From: an uncultured Actinomycetes bacterium
GTDB lineage: Bacteria; Actinomycetota; Actinomycetes; S36-B12
Reading direction: 5' to 3'
Assembly: GCA_937902285.1 (NCBI GenBank)
Contig: CALGTB010000335.1
Coordinates: 1 to 53,237 of the forward strand
Length of the DNA: 53,237 nucleotides
Positions 45,002-53,237 of this stretch are shown here, piece by piece (the first letter of the stretch is position 1; the number at the start of each line of letters is the position of its first letter). Both the position numbers and the translations under genes were made by a program. The notes under the pieces were generated by a model. That model had not been told where the DNA came from. It worked only from the letters and a program-made list of their open reading frames with translations, and did no database searches.

Positions 45002-45111
45002 GGGTCCCCTTCGGGTCGGTCCGGGCCGGTTACCTGCGGAAAGCCCGGACGAGTGGTGTCTCGGACACTACATTTATCAAGTATCTGAAATCCATGCTTT
45101 CGGGAGGTTCG

Positions 45112-46458
45112 ATGACTGCTGGGGATCCGGCCGAGTGGGGTCGAGTCGCTGCCCTCTGCGAGGAGCACGGGATCCACACCGTCGAGTGCGTGATCGTCGA
45201 CACGTGGGGGATACCGCGAGGCAAGCGCATCCCCGTGCGGCAGTTCCTCCGGGGCTCGGGGTACCACATCGCGAACGTCATCTACGTCTGGGACCCGACC
45301 TGCTTCATCTTCCCCGCCCCGTTCGTCGACGAGACCGACGGCTTCCCGGACATGCACGCGGTGCCGGACCTCTCGAGCTTCCGCGTGGCCGGCTGGACCG
45401 ACGGCGTGGCCATCGTCATGTGCGACACGATCCGCAATGACACGCACGAGCCGGTCGAGATGGACGCCCGCCGGATGCTCAAGCGGCAGCTCGACCGCGC
45501 GGCCGGCATGGGATTCGGAGTCGACGCCGCCACCGAGCTGGAGTGCCACTTCTTCACCGACGACTGGACCCCCATCTACGACGACATCAACTGCTACTCG
45601 CTGTACCGCGGCTTCGAGATGGAGCCCTTCATGCTCGACATCCGCGAGTCGCTCCGGAGGACGGGGATCGAGGTCGAGGCCACGAACGTCGAGTACGGCC
45701 CGGGTCAGACGGAGATCAACCTCCGCTACGGATCGCTGATGGACATGGCCGACCACACGGTCTACTTCAAGTACATCGTGCGACTGGTGGCGAAGCGGCA
45801 TGGCCTCAACGTGACGTTCATGGCCAAGCCGTTCCTGCAGGAGGCCGGCAACGGCATGCACGTGCACCAGTCGCTCACGCGCGATGGCCGCAACGTGTTC
45901 GCGGAGCGGGACGAGGACTCCATCCTCGGCAACAGCACCATGCGCCGCTACCTGACCGGCCTGCTGCGGCACCACAAGGAGCTGCAGCTTGTCATGACCC
46001 CGACGATCAGCGGCTACAAGCGGCTCCAGGACTACTCGTTCTCCCCCACCCAGGTCACCTGGGGACTGGACCACCGGCTGGTCGGCGTCCGATCGATCGT
46101 GGGCGCAGGCCCGGCCAACCGGCTCGAGGCCCGGTGGGCGGCGGCCGACGCGAACCCGTACCTCGTGCTGGCCGGGGTCCTCGGCGCGGGGCTCGACGGC
46201 CTCGACAGCGACTACGACCTCATGCCGCAGGTGGAGGGCGACCCTCACGCCGACGCACGATGGGAGCGCCTTCCCGTCGACATCTCGGGTGCCATCGACA
46301 ATTTCGACTCGCCGTTCACCCGGGAGGTGTTCGGCGACGTGTTCGTGGACAACTTCACGTTCATGCAGCGGCGCGAGGCCGCGGAGTTCGAGGAGCACGC
46401 CGAGCCCAGTGACGACATCACCGAGTGGGAGCTCCGCAGGTACAGGGCGGTCATGTAG
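45112..46458 (+). CDS. Glutamine-synthetase-family gamma-glutamyl-amine synthetase-like enzyme (intact paralogue)
   Basis: Beta-grasp N-domain; catalytic motifs ELECHFF, NVEYGPGQTEINL, GNGMHVHQS, RLEARW. ATG follows gggagg. Confidence 0.9.
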   Translation: MTAGDPAEWGRVAALCEEHGIHTVECVIVDTWGIPRGKRIPVRQFLRGSGYHIANVIYVWDPTCFIFPAPFVDETDGFPDMHAVPDLSSFRVAGWTDGVAIVMCDTIRNDTHEPVEMDARRMLKRQLDRAAGMGFGVDAATELECHFFTDDWTPIYDDINCYSLYRGFEMEPFMLDIRESLRRTGIEVEATNVEYGPGQTEINLRYGSLMDMADHTVYFKYIVRLVAKRHGLNVTFMAKPFLQEAGNGMHVHQSLTRDGRNVFAERDEDSILGNSTMRRYLTGLLRHHKELQLVMTPTISGYKRLQDYSFSPTQVTWGLDHRLVGVRSIVGAGPANRLEARWAAADANPYLVLAGVLGAGLDGLDSDYDLMPQVEGDPHADARWERLPVDISGAIDNFDSPFTREVFGDVFVDNFTFMQRREAAEFEEHAEPSDDITEWELRRYRAVM

Positions 46459-47166
46459 ATGGCGCGTGTGCTGCTGATCAGCCACGAGCCGGAGGCGGCC
46501 CCGGCACTCATCGGGGAGGTCCTGCGTGAACGCGGCCATGAGACCCGCACGCACGTCGTCCTCGCCGACCCGTCAGCGCCCGACACCGCCTTCCCCGACC
46601 CGACCGGGTTCGACGCGGTCATCGCCTTCGGGTCCTTCGCCAACGCCTACGACGACGGCGCCCGGCCCTGGGTCGAGCCCGAGATCGCCCTCATCCGCGA
46701 CATGCTCGAGCAGGAGGTCCCCTACCTTGGGGTGTGCTTCGGCGGCCAGCTGCTCGCCGAGTCGCTCGGCGGCCACGTCGAGCGGGCTCCCGTGGAGGAG
46801 CAGGAGATCGGCCTGGTCACCTTCGACGCTGACGGCGCACTGCCCATCCCTGAAGGGCCCTGGTTCACCTGGCACGAGGATCGCGTGGTGCTTCCCGAGT
46901 CCGTCGAGGTGCTCGCCCACAACGGCAAGGCTCCCCAGCTGTTCCGCGTGGGCCGGGCCGTCGGGACCCAGTTCCATCCGGAGGCGGACACCGGCGTCGT
47001 CGGGTCGTGGGTGCGGATCGGCCCGGACCACATCCCTGCACATACGAGCGGAGCGCAGCTGCTGCAGGACCTCGAGATCCACGAGGCGCGCCTGCGGGCC
47101 AACTGCGAGGCGCTGGTGGACTGGTTCCTCCACGACGTGGCCGAGGTTCCCGAGGCGTCGTCGTGA
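46459..47166 (+). CDS. Class I glutamine amidotransferase-like protein (paralogue of 36684-37391)
   Basis: ATG immediately follows the GS stop. YLGVCFGGQLLA, GTQFHPE. Confidence 0.85.
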   Translation: MARVLLISHEPEAAPALIGEVLRERGHETRTHVVLADPSAPDTAFPDPTGFDAVIAFGSFANAYDDGARPWVEPEIALIRDMLEQEVPYLGVCFGGQLLAESLGGHVERAPVEEQEIGLVTFDADGALPIPEGPWFTWHEDRVVLPESVEVLAHNGKAPQLFRVGRAVGTQFHPEADTGVVGSWVRIGPDHIPAHTSGAQLLQDLEIHEARLRANCEALVDWFLHDVAEVPEASS

Positions 47167-48308
47167 CCGCGCCGCTGGAGGGCATCGTCGTCGTGTCGCT
47201 CGAGGCGGCCATCTCCGCACCGTTCGCGACCCGCCAGCTGGCCGACCTGGGGGCCACCGTCGTCAAGGTCGAGCGTCCCGAGGGCGACTTCGCCCGGCAC
47301 TACGACAGCGTGGTCGAAGGGGAGTCCGCGTTCTTCGTGTGGGCCAACCGAGGCAAGCAGTCCGTCGTGCTGGACGTCAAGGACGAGGCGGACCTGGCCA
47401 TGCTGCGGGCGCTCATCGCCGGTGCTGACGTCTTCCTCCACAACCTGTCGCCCCGCGCCGCCATCGCCCTCGGGGTGGACGCCCCGACCCTCGTCGCCCT
47501 GCACCCGCATCTCATCGCGGCCGAGATCTCCGGCTATGGAACGGGGGGCCCGCGCACCGACGACAAGGCCTACGACCTGGCGATCCAGGCCGAGGCGGGC
47601 GTGTTCTCCGTCACGGGCGACGGAGACCGCATGGGCAAGGTGGGCTTCTCCGTCGCGGACATCTGCGCGGCCATGTACGCGCTCACGAGCATCCTCGCCG
47701 CCCTCGTGAGGCGCGAGCGCACCGGCGAGGGCGCAGCCATCCAGGTGTCGATGCTGGACTCGCTGGCCGAGTGGGTGTCGGCTCCGCTGTACAACGCCGT
47801 CTACGGACCGGGCCAGGCGGTGCGCACTGGTCGCCGTCACCACGCGATCGCCCCCTACGGCACGTTCGCCCTCTCGGACGGCAGCACCGTGCTCATCGCG
47901 GTGCAGAGCGACGGGGAGTGGCGCAGCATGGCCGAGCACCTCCTCGGCGATGCGAGCCTGGGCCAGGACCCGCGCTTCGCGACCAATGCGAGCCGCATCG
48001 GCAACGTCGATGAGCTCGAGCGGCTGATCGCCGAGCGGCTGGAAGTGCTCTCGGCGGACGACGCACGCGCCGGCCTGGCACGGGGGCGGATCGCCAACGC
48101 GCGGGTCAACGACCTGCGCGGCGTGTGGGACCACGAGCAGCTCCGGGCGCGGGGCCGCTTCGTCGACGTGCGCACGCCGAGCAGCACGGTCGAGCTGCTG
48201 CGCTCGCCGTTCGACATCTCCGGGTGGACGCCGGCCGACGGGCCGATCCCGGCCCTGGGCGAGCACGACGACGCCACCGTGCGCGACATCGTGCAGCGCG
48301 GCGACTAG
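47163..48308 (+). CDS. CaiB/BaiF family (class III) CoA-transferase
   Basis: GTGA overlap with the upstream stop. PLEGIVVVSLEAAISAPFATRQLADLGATVVKVERPEGD, NRGKQSVVLD, and conserved Asp region AYDLAIQAEAG. Confidence 0.9.
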   Translation: MTAPLEGIVVVSLEAAISAPFATRQLADLGATVVKVERPEGDFARHYDSVVEGESAFFVWANRGKQSVVLDVKDEADLAMLRALIAGADVFLHNLSPRAAIALGVDAPTLVALHPHLIAAEISGYGTGGPRTDDKAYDLAIQAEAGVFSVTGDGDRMGKVGFSVADICAAMYALTSILAALVRRERTGEGAAIQVSMLDSLAEWVSAPLYNAVYGPGQAVRTGRRHHAIAPYGTFALSDGSTVLIAVQSDGEWRSMAEHLLGDASLGQDPRFATNASRIGNVDELERLIAERLEVLSADDARAGLARGRIANARVNDLRGVWDHEQLRARGRFVDVRTPSSTVELLRSPFDISGWTPADGPIPALGEHDDATVRDIVQRGD

Positions 48309-49459
48309 TACGACTTCGGCAGGCCCAGCACGTGCTGGCCGAGGTAGGCCAGGACGAGGTTGTTGTTGATGGGAGCGACTTGGTACAGGCGGGTCTCGCG
48401 GAACTTCCGCTCGACGTCGTACTCGACGGCGAAGCCGAATCCTCCGTGCGCATCCAGCGAGGCGTTGGCCGCGGCCCACGATGCCTCCGAGGCGAGGAGC
48501 TTGGCCATGTTCGCCTCGGCCGCGCAGGGCTGGCCCGCATCGAACTTCGCCGCGGCGTCGAAGCGCACGAGGTTGGCCGCGCACAGCTGCGCGTAGGCCT
48601 TCGCGAGCGGGAACTGCACGCCCTGGTTCGCACCGATGGGCCGTCCGAACACCTCCCGCTGACCGGCGTACGCCACGGCCCTGTCGAGCAGGAAGCGGCC
48701 GTCGCCGATGCACTCGGATGCGATGAGGATCCGCTCGGCGTTCATGCCGTCGAGGATGTAGCGGAATCCGCGACCCTCCTCGCCGATGAGCGCGTCGGCA
48801 GGGATGACGACGTCATCGAAGAAGACCTCGGTGGTGTTGTGGTTCATCATCGTGCGGATCGGCGTGATGGTGAGCCCGGGCAGGTCGCGCATGTCGAAGA
48901 TGAACACCGACAGGCCCTCGGTCTTCCGCGGCACGTCGTCGTACGGCGTCGTGCGGGCGAGAAGGATCATGAGGTCGGAATGCAGGGCGCGGGACGTCCA
49001 GATCTTCTGGCCGTTGATGCGCCAGCCCTCGGGCACCCGCTCGGCCCGGGTGCTGATCCGCGTGGTCTCGGAGCCGGCTCCGGGCTCCGTGACGCCGAAG
49101 GCCTGAAGCCGAAGGGCCCCCGAGGCGATGCCGGGCAGGTAGCGCTGCTTCTGCTCGGCGCTCCCGTGGCGCAGCAGGGTGCCCATGATGTACATCTGCG
49201 CGTGGCACGCCGAGGGGTTGCCGCCGGACGCGGAGATCTCCTCGAGGATGACCGACGCCTCGGTGATCGTGGCGCCGCCGCCCCCGTACTCCTCAGGCAC
49301 CAGTGCGCCGAGGTACCCGGCGGCGGTGAGGGCCTGGACGAACTCCGTGGGGTAGGTGTCCGGCTCGAGGCCCCGCCAGTACGGGCCGTCGAACCGCTCG
49401 CACACCTCGCGCACTCCGGCGCGCAGGTCGTCGTGCTCGGATGTCTGGGTGAGATTCAC
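48305..49459 (-). CDS. Acyl-CoA dehydrogenase
   Basis: FGVTEPGAGSE, INGQKIWTS, and C-terminal ACAD helices. Its stop shares CTAG with the convergent CoA-transferase. Confidence 0.9.
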   Translation of the reverse strand: MNLTQTSEHDDLRAGVREVCERFDGPYWRGLEPDTYPTEFVQALTAAGYLGALVPEEYGGGGATITEASVILEEISASGGNPSACHAQMYIMGTLLRHGSAEQKQRYLPGIASGALRLQAFGVTEPGAGSETTRISTRAERVPEGWRINGQKIWTSRALHSDLMILLARTTPYDDVPRKTEGLSVFIFDMRDLPGLTITPIRTMMNHNTTEVFFDDVVIPADALIGEEGRGFRYILDGMNAERILIASECIGDGRFLLDRAVAYAGQREVFGRPIGANQGVQFPLAKAYAQLCAANLVRFDAAAKFDAGQPCAAEANMAKLLASEASWAAANASLDAHGGFGFAVEYDVERKFRETRLYQVAPINNNLVLAYLGQHVLGLPKSY

Positions 49460-49505
49460 CCGCCATTTGTATCATTTATCAACTCGGATCGCTGAGGAGT
49501 TCTCC

Positions 49506-50990
49506 ATGACGACGACCGCTCCGGACTGGGCCGCCCTCGCGGCGACGGTGTCCTACCCGACCGATCTGCTCATCGACGGGGCGTGGGTGACGGGCGCGAC
49601 GCGGCGGGAGGTGGTCACCCCGATCGACGGAACCGTGGTCGCCGAGGTGGCGATGGCGGAGGGGGCCGAGGTGGATCTCGCGGTGGCCGCCGCGCGGGCC
49701 TCGTTCGAGGACCGCCGTTGGGCGGGGATGGCTCCCGCCGACCGCAAGGACGTGCTCGTCCGGTGGGCCCACCTGGTGAACGAGCACGCCGAGCAGCTGG
49801 CCGTCCTCACCACGCTCGAGATGGGCAAGCCCGCGCGCGAGGCGAAGGCCATCGACGTGCGCGCCTGCCATCGGACGCTGCGGTGGTTCGGCGAGGCCGT
49901 GGACAAGGTCCTCGACGAGATGCCCAAGGTCGGCGACTCGTCGTGGGCCATGATCGAGCGGGAGCCGGCCGGAGTGGTGGCGGCCATCACGCCGTGGAAC
50001 TTCCCGCTGACGCTGGAGACGTGGAAGATCGCCCCCGCGCTGGCCGTGGGGTGCTCGATGGTGCTCAAGCCGGCGGAGAACTCCCCCCTCACCGCCCTCT
50101 ACGTGGCCCAGCTGGGCCTGGAGGCGGGGCTGCCCGAGGGCGTGCTCAACGTCGTGAACGGGCTCGGCCACGTGGCGGGAGCGGCGCTGGCCTCGCACAT
50201 GGACGTCGACATCGTCACGTTCACGGGCTCGACCGCGACGGGCCGGGCCATCATGACGGCGGCGGCGCAGTCGAACATGAAGCGCCCGTACCTCGAGCTC
50301 GGCGGCAAGGGCGCGAATCTCGTGTTCCCCGACGCCGACCTCGAGGCGGCCGCCGCGGCCGTGGCCTGGTCCGTCACCTACAACGCCGGCCAGATGTGCA
50401 CGGCCGGGTCCCGGCTGGTCGTGCACGAGGACGTCAAGGACGAGCTCCTCGGCAGGGTCCTCGAGGCGATGGCCCTCATGCAGCCGGCCAACCCGCTGGA
50501 CGACGCCGCGCCCATCGGGGCGATCGCCAGCGCGCGCCAGCTCGACTCCGTCCACGGCATCGTGCAGGCGGGACTGGCGGAGGGTGGAACGCTCCTCATG
50601 GGCGGCGAGCCGGTCCTCCTCGACACCGGCGGCTCGTACTACCCGCCGACCGTGGTCGACCACCTCGAGCCTGGCTCGCTGCTCGCTCAGCGTGAGGTCT
50701 TCGGCCCCGTCCTGTCGGTGCTGACCTTCCGGTCCGACGCGGAGGCGGTCGCCGTCGGCAATGCCACCGACTACGGCCTGGCCTCGGCCGTGTGGACCCA
50801 CGACCTCAGCCGGGCCCGTCGCGTCTCCAAGGGGCTGCGGATGGGAACGGTCTGGGTCAACTGCTACGAGGAGGGCGACCTCACGGTGCCCTTCGGGGGC
50901 GTCAAGCAGTCGGGCTTCGGCAGCGACAAGTCGCTCCATGCCATGGACAAGTTCACCGACCTCAAGACGACCTGGATCGAGCTGTCGTGA
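49506..50990 (+). CDS. Aldehyde dehydrogenase (PuuC-like)
   Basis: ITPWNFPLTLETWKIAPALAVGCSMVLKPAE, FTGSTATGR, ELGGKGANLVF, GQMCTAGSR. Confidence 0.9.
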   Translation: MTTTAPDWAALAATVSYPTDLLIDGAWVTGATRREVVTPIDGTVVAEVAMAEGAEVDLAVAAARASFEDRRWAGMAPADRKDVLVRWAHLVNEHAEQLAVLTTLEMGKPAREAKAIDVRACHRTLRWFGEAVDKVLDEMPKVGDSSWAMIEREPAGVVAAITPWNFPLTLETWKIAPALAVGCSMVLKPAENSPLTALYVAQLGLEAGLPEGVLNVVNGLGHVAGAALASHMDVDIVTFTGSTATGRAIMTAAAQSNMKRPYLELGGKGANLVFPDADLEAAAAAVAWSVTYNAGQMCTAGSRLVVHEDVKDELLGRVLEAMALMQPANPLDDAAPIGAIASARQLDSVHGIVQAGLAEGGTLLMGGEPVLLDTGGSYYPPTVVDHLEPGSLLAQREVFGPVLSVLTFRSDAEAVAVGNATDYGLASAVWTHDLSRARRVSKGLRMGTVWVNCYEEGDLTVPFGGVKQSGFGSDKSLHAMDKFTDLKTTWIELS

Positions 50991-51661
50991 CCGCGTCCGC
51001 CCTGACGCCCCCCCGGCGCCGGCCCAACCTCGCCCAGGAGGTCGCGGCCCACCTCCGCACCGCGATCCTCGCCGGGCGGCTGAAGCCCGGCCAGCGCATC
51101 GACCAGGACGCCATCGCCGACGAGCTGGGCGTCAGCCGGCTCCCGGTGCGCGAGGCCCTGATCTCCCTGGACCGCGAAGGACTCGTGCAGACGATCCCCC
51201 GCAAGGGCACCTACGTGTCGCGCATCGATCGCGACGACATCGCCGACCACTACCAGATCTTCGGGCAGGTCGCCGGGCTGGCCGCTGCCCGGGCGGTGTC
51301 GCGGCTGGACGACGACGACCTCGCCCGCCTGGTCGAGCTGCACGACCAGATGTCCCACGCCGACGGCCTCGACGAGCAGCAGCGTCTCAACCACGAGTTC
51401 CACCGCACGATCAACCGGGCGGCGGGGAGCCAGCGCATGACGAGCATGCTGCTCCTGCTGTCCCAGTCGCTTCCCATGCCCTACGCGGACTTCCCCGCGG
51501 AGTGGCTGGACGAGGCCAACCGGCAGCACCGCGACATCATCGATGCCTTCCGGCGTCGCGACACCCGGGCCGCGCAGCGGGCCATGGAGCAGCACATCAA
51601 CGCCAGCGCACGACACGCCATCGAGGTGCTCGAGCACCTCGACTTCTTCGAGGATGAGTGA
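50987..51661 (+). CDS. GntR-family (FadR/FCD-type) transcriptional regulator
   Basis: GTGA overlap. wHTH QDAIADELGVSRLPVREALISLDREGLVQTIPRKGTYV plus an all-helical FCD-like C-domain. Confidence 0.85.
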   Translation: MTASALTPPRRRPNLAQEVAAHLRTAILAGRLKPGQRIDQDAIADELGVSRLPVREALISLDREGLVQTIPRKGTYVSRIDRDDIADHYQIFGQVAGLAAARAVSRLDDDDLARLVELHDQMSHADGLDEQQRLNHEFHRTINRAAGSQRMTSMLLLLSQSLPMPYADFPAEWLDEANRQHRDIIDAFRRRDTRAAQRAMEQHINASARHAIEVLEHLDFFEDE

Positions 51662-53133
51662 TGGACCGGTACCTGCACTGGATCAACGGCGCCCGCACCG
51701 CACCCGTGACGGGGGAGTTCCTGCCGACCCTCGACCCCATGACGACGCAGCCGTGGGCGGAGGTGGCCCGGGGCGGGGCGGCGGATGTCGAGGCCGCGGT
51801 GAGCGGTGCGCAGGCGGCGTTCCCCGCCTGGCGGCTCGCCGGTCCGACCCGGCGCGCCGAGGTCATCTGGCGGCTCGGCGACCTCATCGCCGAGCATGCG
51901 GACGAACTGGCGGCGCTCGAGGCCCGGGATGCCGGGAAGGTCGTGCGCGAGGTCCGCGGGCAGATGGTCTCGCTCAGGGCCTGGTACCACTACTACGCCT
52001 CGCTGGCGTACCAGGCCGAGGGACGGACGATCCCGCAGGACCGCGCCAGCCTCACGGTGTTCACGCAGCGCATCCCCTACGGCGTCGTCGGCGTCATCCC
52101 GGCGTTCAACTCGCCGATGCTGCTGGGGGGCATGGGCCTGGCCCCCGCCCTCGCCGCCGGCAACACGGTGGTGGTCAAGCCGCCGGAGGTGAACGCGCTG
52201 TCGCTCCTCCGGCTCGGCGAGCTGGCCCAGCAGGCCGGTCTCCCGGACGGCTGCCTCAACGTCGTGACGGGGTACGGCCATGAGGCAGGCGACGCACTCG
52301 TCGCGCATCCGCTCGTGCGCAAGGTGTGGTTCACCGGGGGTCCGGACAGCGCCCGCTTCGTCGCGGCCCGGGCCGCCGAGCACCTCAAGCCCCTCGTGCT
52401 CGAGCTCGGCGGCAAGAGCGCCAACATCTTCTTCGACGACGTCCGCGTGGACGACGTCCTCAACGGCGTCATCGCGGGGATCTTCGCCGCAGCCGGGCAG
52501 ACGTGCGTCGCCGGCTCCCGGCTCCTCGTGCACGAGCGGATCGCCGACGAGCTCGTCGAGAAGGTCGCCGAGCGGGCCCGCACCATCCGCCTGGGCGATC
52601 CCGTGTCCGAGGACACCGACATGGGCCCGATGTCGCAGGAGAAGATCCTCGCCGGCGTCAGCGCGCGGGTCGGCGAGGCCGTCGCCGAGGGTGCCAGCCT
52701 CGTCTACGGGGGCGATGAGGCGGACCGGCCCGATCACGGCTGGTTCTACGCTCCCACGGTCCTCGACCACGTCACGAACGACATGTCCGTCGCGAGGAAC
52801 GAGCTGTTCGGGCCCGTCCTGTCGGTGATCCGCGTGTCGGACGAGGACGAGGCGGTCGCCATCGCCAACGACTCGCCCTTCGCCCTCGCGGCGGGGGTGT
52901 GGACCCGGGACCTCGGGCGGGCGCACCGGGTGGCGTCGCGCCTGGACACCGGGACGGTGTGGGTCAACATGTACCGCGCCCTGCAGTTCGCGACGCCGTT
53001 CGGCGGGAACAAGCTGTCGGGCTACGGTCGCGAGAACGGCCTCGACGGGTTCGCCGAGTTCACGCAGCCGAAGGCGGTGTGGGTGGAGTCCAGCGACGAG
53101 CCGGTGGGCGACCCGTTCGTCCTGCGCGCCTGA
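51658..53133 (+). CDS. Aldehyde dehydrogenase
   Basis: Start (GTG 51658 or ATG 51661) overlaps the GntR stop. IPAFNSPMLL, FTGGPDSAR, ELGGKSANIFF, GQTCVAGSR. Confidence 0.9.
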   Translation: MMDRYLHWINGARTAPVTGEFLPTLDPMTTQPWAEVARGGAADVEAAVSGAQAAFPAWRLAGPTRRAEVIWRLGDLIAEHADELAALEARDAGKVVREVRGQMVSLRAWYHYYASLAYQAEGRTIPQDRASLTVFTQRIPYGVVGVIPAFNSPMLLGGMGLAPALAAGNTVVVKPPEVNALSLLRLGELAQQAGLPDGCLNVVTGYGHEAGDALVAHPLVRKVWFTGGPDSARFVAARAAEHLKPLVLELGGKSANIFFDDVRVDDVLNGVIAGIFAAAGQTCVAGSRLLVHERIADELVEKVAERARTIRLGDPVSEDTDMGPMSQEKILAGVSARVGEAVAEGASLVYGGDEADRPDHGWFYAPTVLDHVTNDMSVARNELFGPVLSVIRVSDEDEAVAIANDSPFALAAGVWTRDLGRAHRVASRLDTGTVWVNMYRALQFATPFGGNKLSGYGRENGLDGFAEFTQPKAVWVESSDEPVGDPFVLRA

Positions 53134-53183
53134 CCGCCAGCGCCCTGCTCGCCTCACGGCGAGCGTCCCGACTCCGCGCGCCG

Positions 53184-53237
53184 AGTGGTGGGCTGTTGCC
53201 CGTTTCGCCATGGCGAAACGGGCAACAGCCCACCACT
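53184..53237. repeat. 54-nt perfect palindrome (probable terminator hairpin) reaching the window edge
   Basis: agtggtgggctgttgcccgtttcgcc|atggcgaaacgggcaacagcccaccact is fully self-complementary around a central CCATGG. Confidence 0.8.

Noticed and set aside
44797-48713. Long minus-strand ORFs 44797-46554 and 46722-48713
   Set aside because: They run antisense to the GS-like, GATase1 and CoA-transferase genes. Their composition is Arg/Gly/Asp/His-rich and non-protein-like.
51481-53211. 576-aa minus-strand ORF
   Set aside because: It runs antisense to the GntR gene 3' end and the last aldehyde dehydrogenase, which has full ALDH motifs.
21000-53237. Calling the catabolic supercluster a mobile genomic island
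   Set aside because: No integrase, transposase, tRNA attachment site or matching direct repeats are visible in the window. The palindromes at the two ends belong to different sequence families. There is no obvious compositional shift apart from short promoter patches.

Overview
Very GC-rich actinobacterial chromosomal window, Microbacteriaceae-like by protein look. It is densely packed with about 55 genes, many joined by ATGA/GTGA start-stop overlaps. I saw no rRNA, tRNA, CRISPR array, transposase, integrase or phage genes. Left part (1-21 kb): the tail of a sortase-anchored (LAHTG) surface protein, a DUF2892 protein, an ECF sigma factor with a fused ZAS anti-sigma module, DUF2252, a CorA-like channel, a DUF4190 membrane protein, an alpha/beta hydrolase, a tiny acidic repeat protein, FucU/RbsD, a secreted HNH/DUF1524 nuclease, an aldehyde dehydrogenase, and a ferredoxin plus NuoF-like pair. 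These are followed by a complete xylose locus (xylB, xylA, xylF plus ATPase plus permease, ROK regulator, aldose epimerase) and two oxidoreductases. Right part (21-53 kb): one large catabolic supercluster. It holds (i) an 11-gene minus-strand operon combining homoprotocatechuate-type meta-cleavage genes (LigB-type dioxygenase, ALDH, FAH-family, ADC-family), ferredoxin and ferredoxin reductase, two DUF202 proteins, a PLP decarboxylase, an unassignable 515-aa protein and a ThDP enzyme. It also holds (ii) two paralogous gamma-glutamylation (Puu/Ipu/aniline-dioxygenase-like) amine modules. These comprise 2 glutamine-synthetase-like genes (one frameshifted), 2 GATase1 hydrolases, a PuuD-like hydrolase, 3 cytochrome P450s, a PDR-type reductase, a degenerate Rieske-oxygenase homologue, ADH, LLM oxidoreductase, APC permease, CaiB-type CoA-transferase, acyl-CoA dehydrogenase, 2 further ALDHs, and MarR and GntR regulators. 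Most notable observations: a 16-bp palindrome (CGTTCGG-N2-CCGAACG) occurs in four promoter-proximal intergenic regions of the island. The Rieske homologue lacks canonical metal ligands. The PLP-decarboxylase/orphan/ThDP-enzyme operon matches no pathway I can name. The sigma factor is fused to an anti-sigma module. One GS-like gene is frameshifted. There are also dispersed palindromic repeats. All functional calls come from reading the translated ORFs by eye; no database search was possible.
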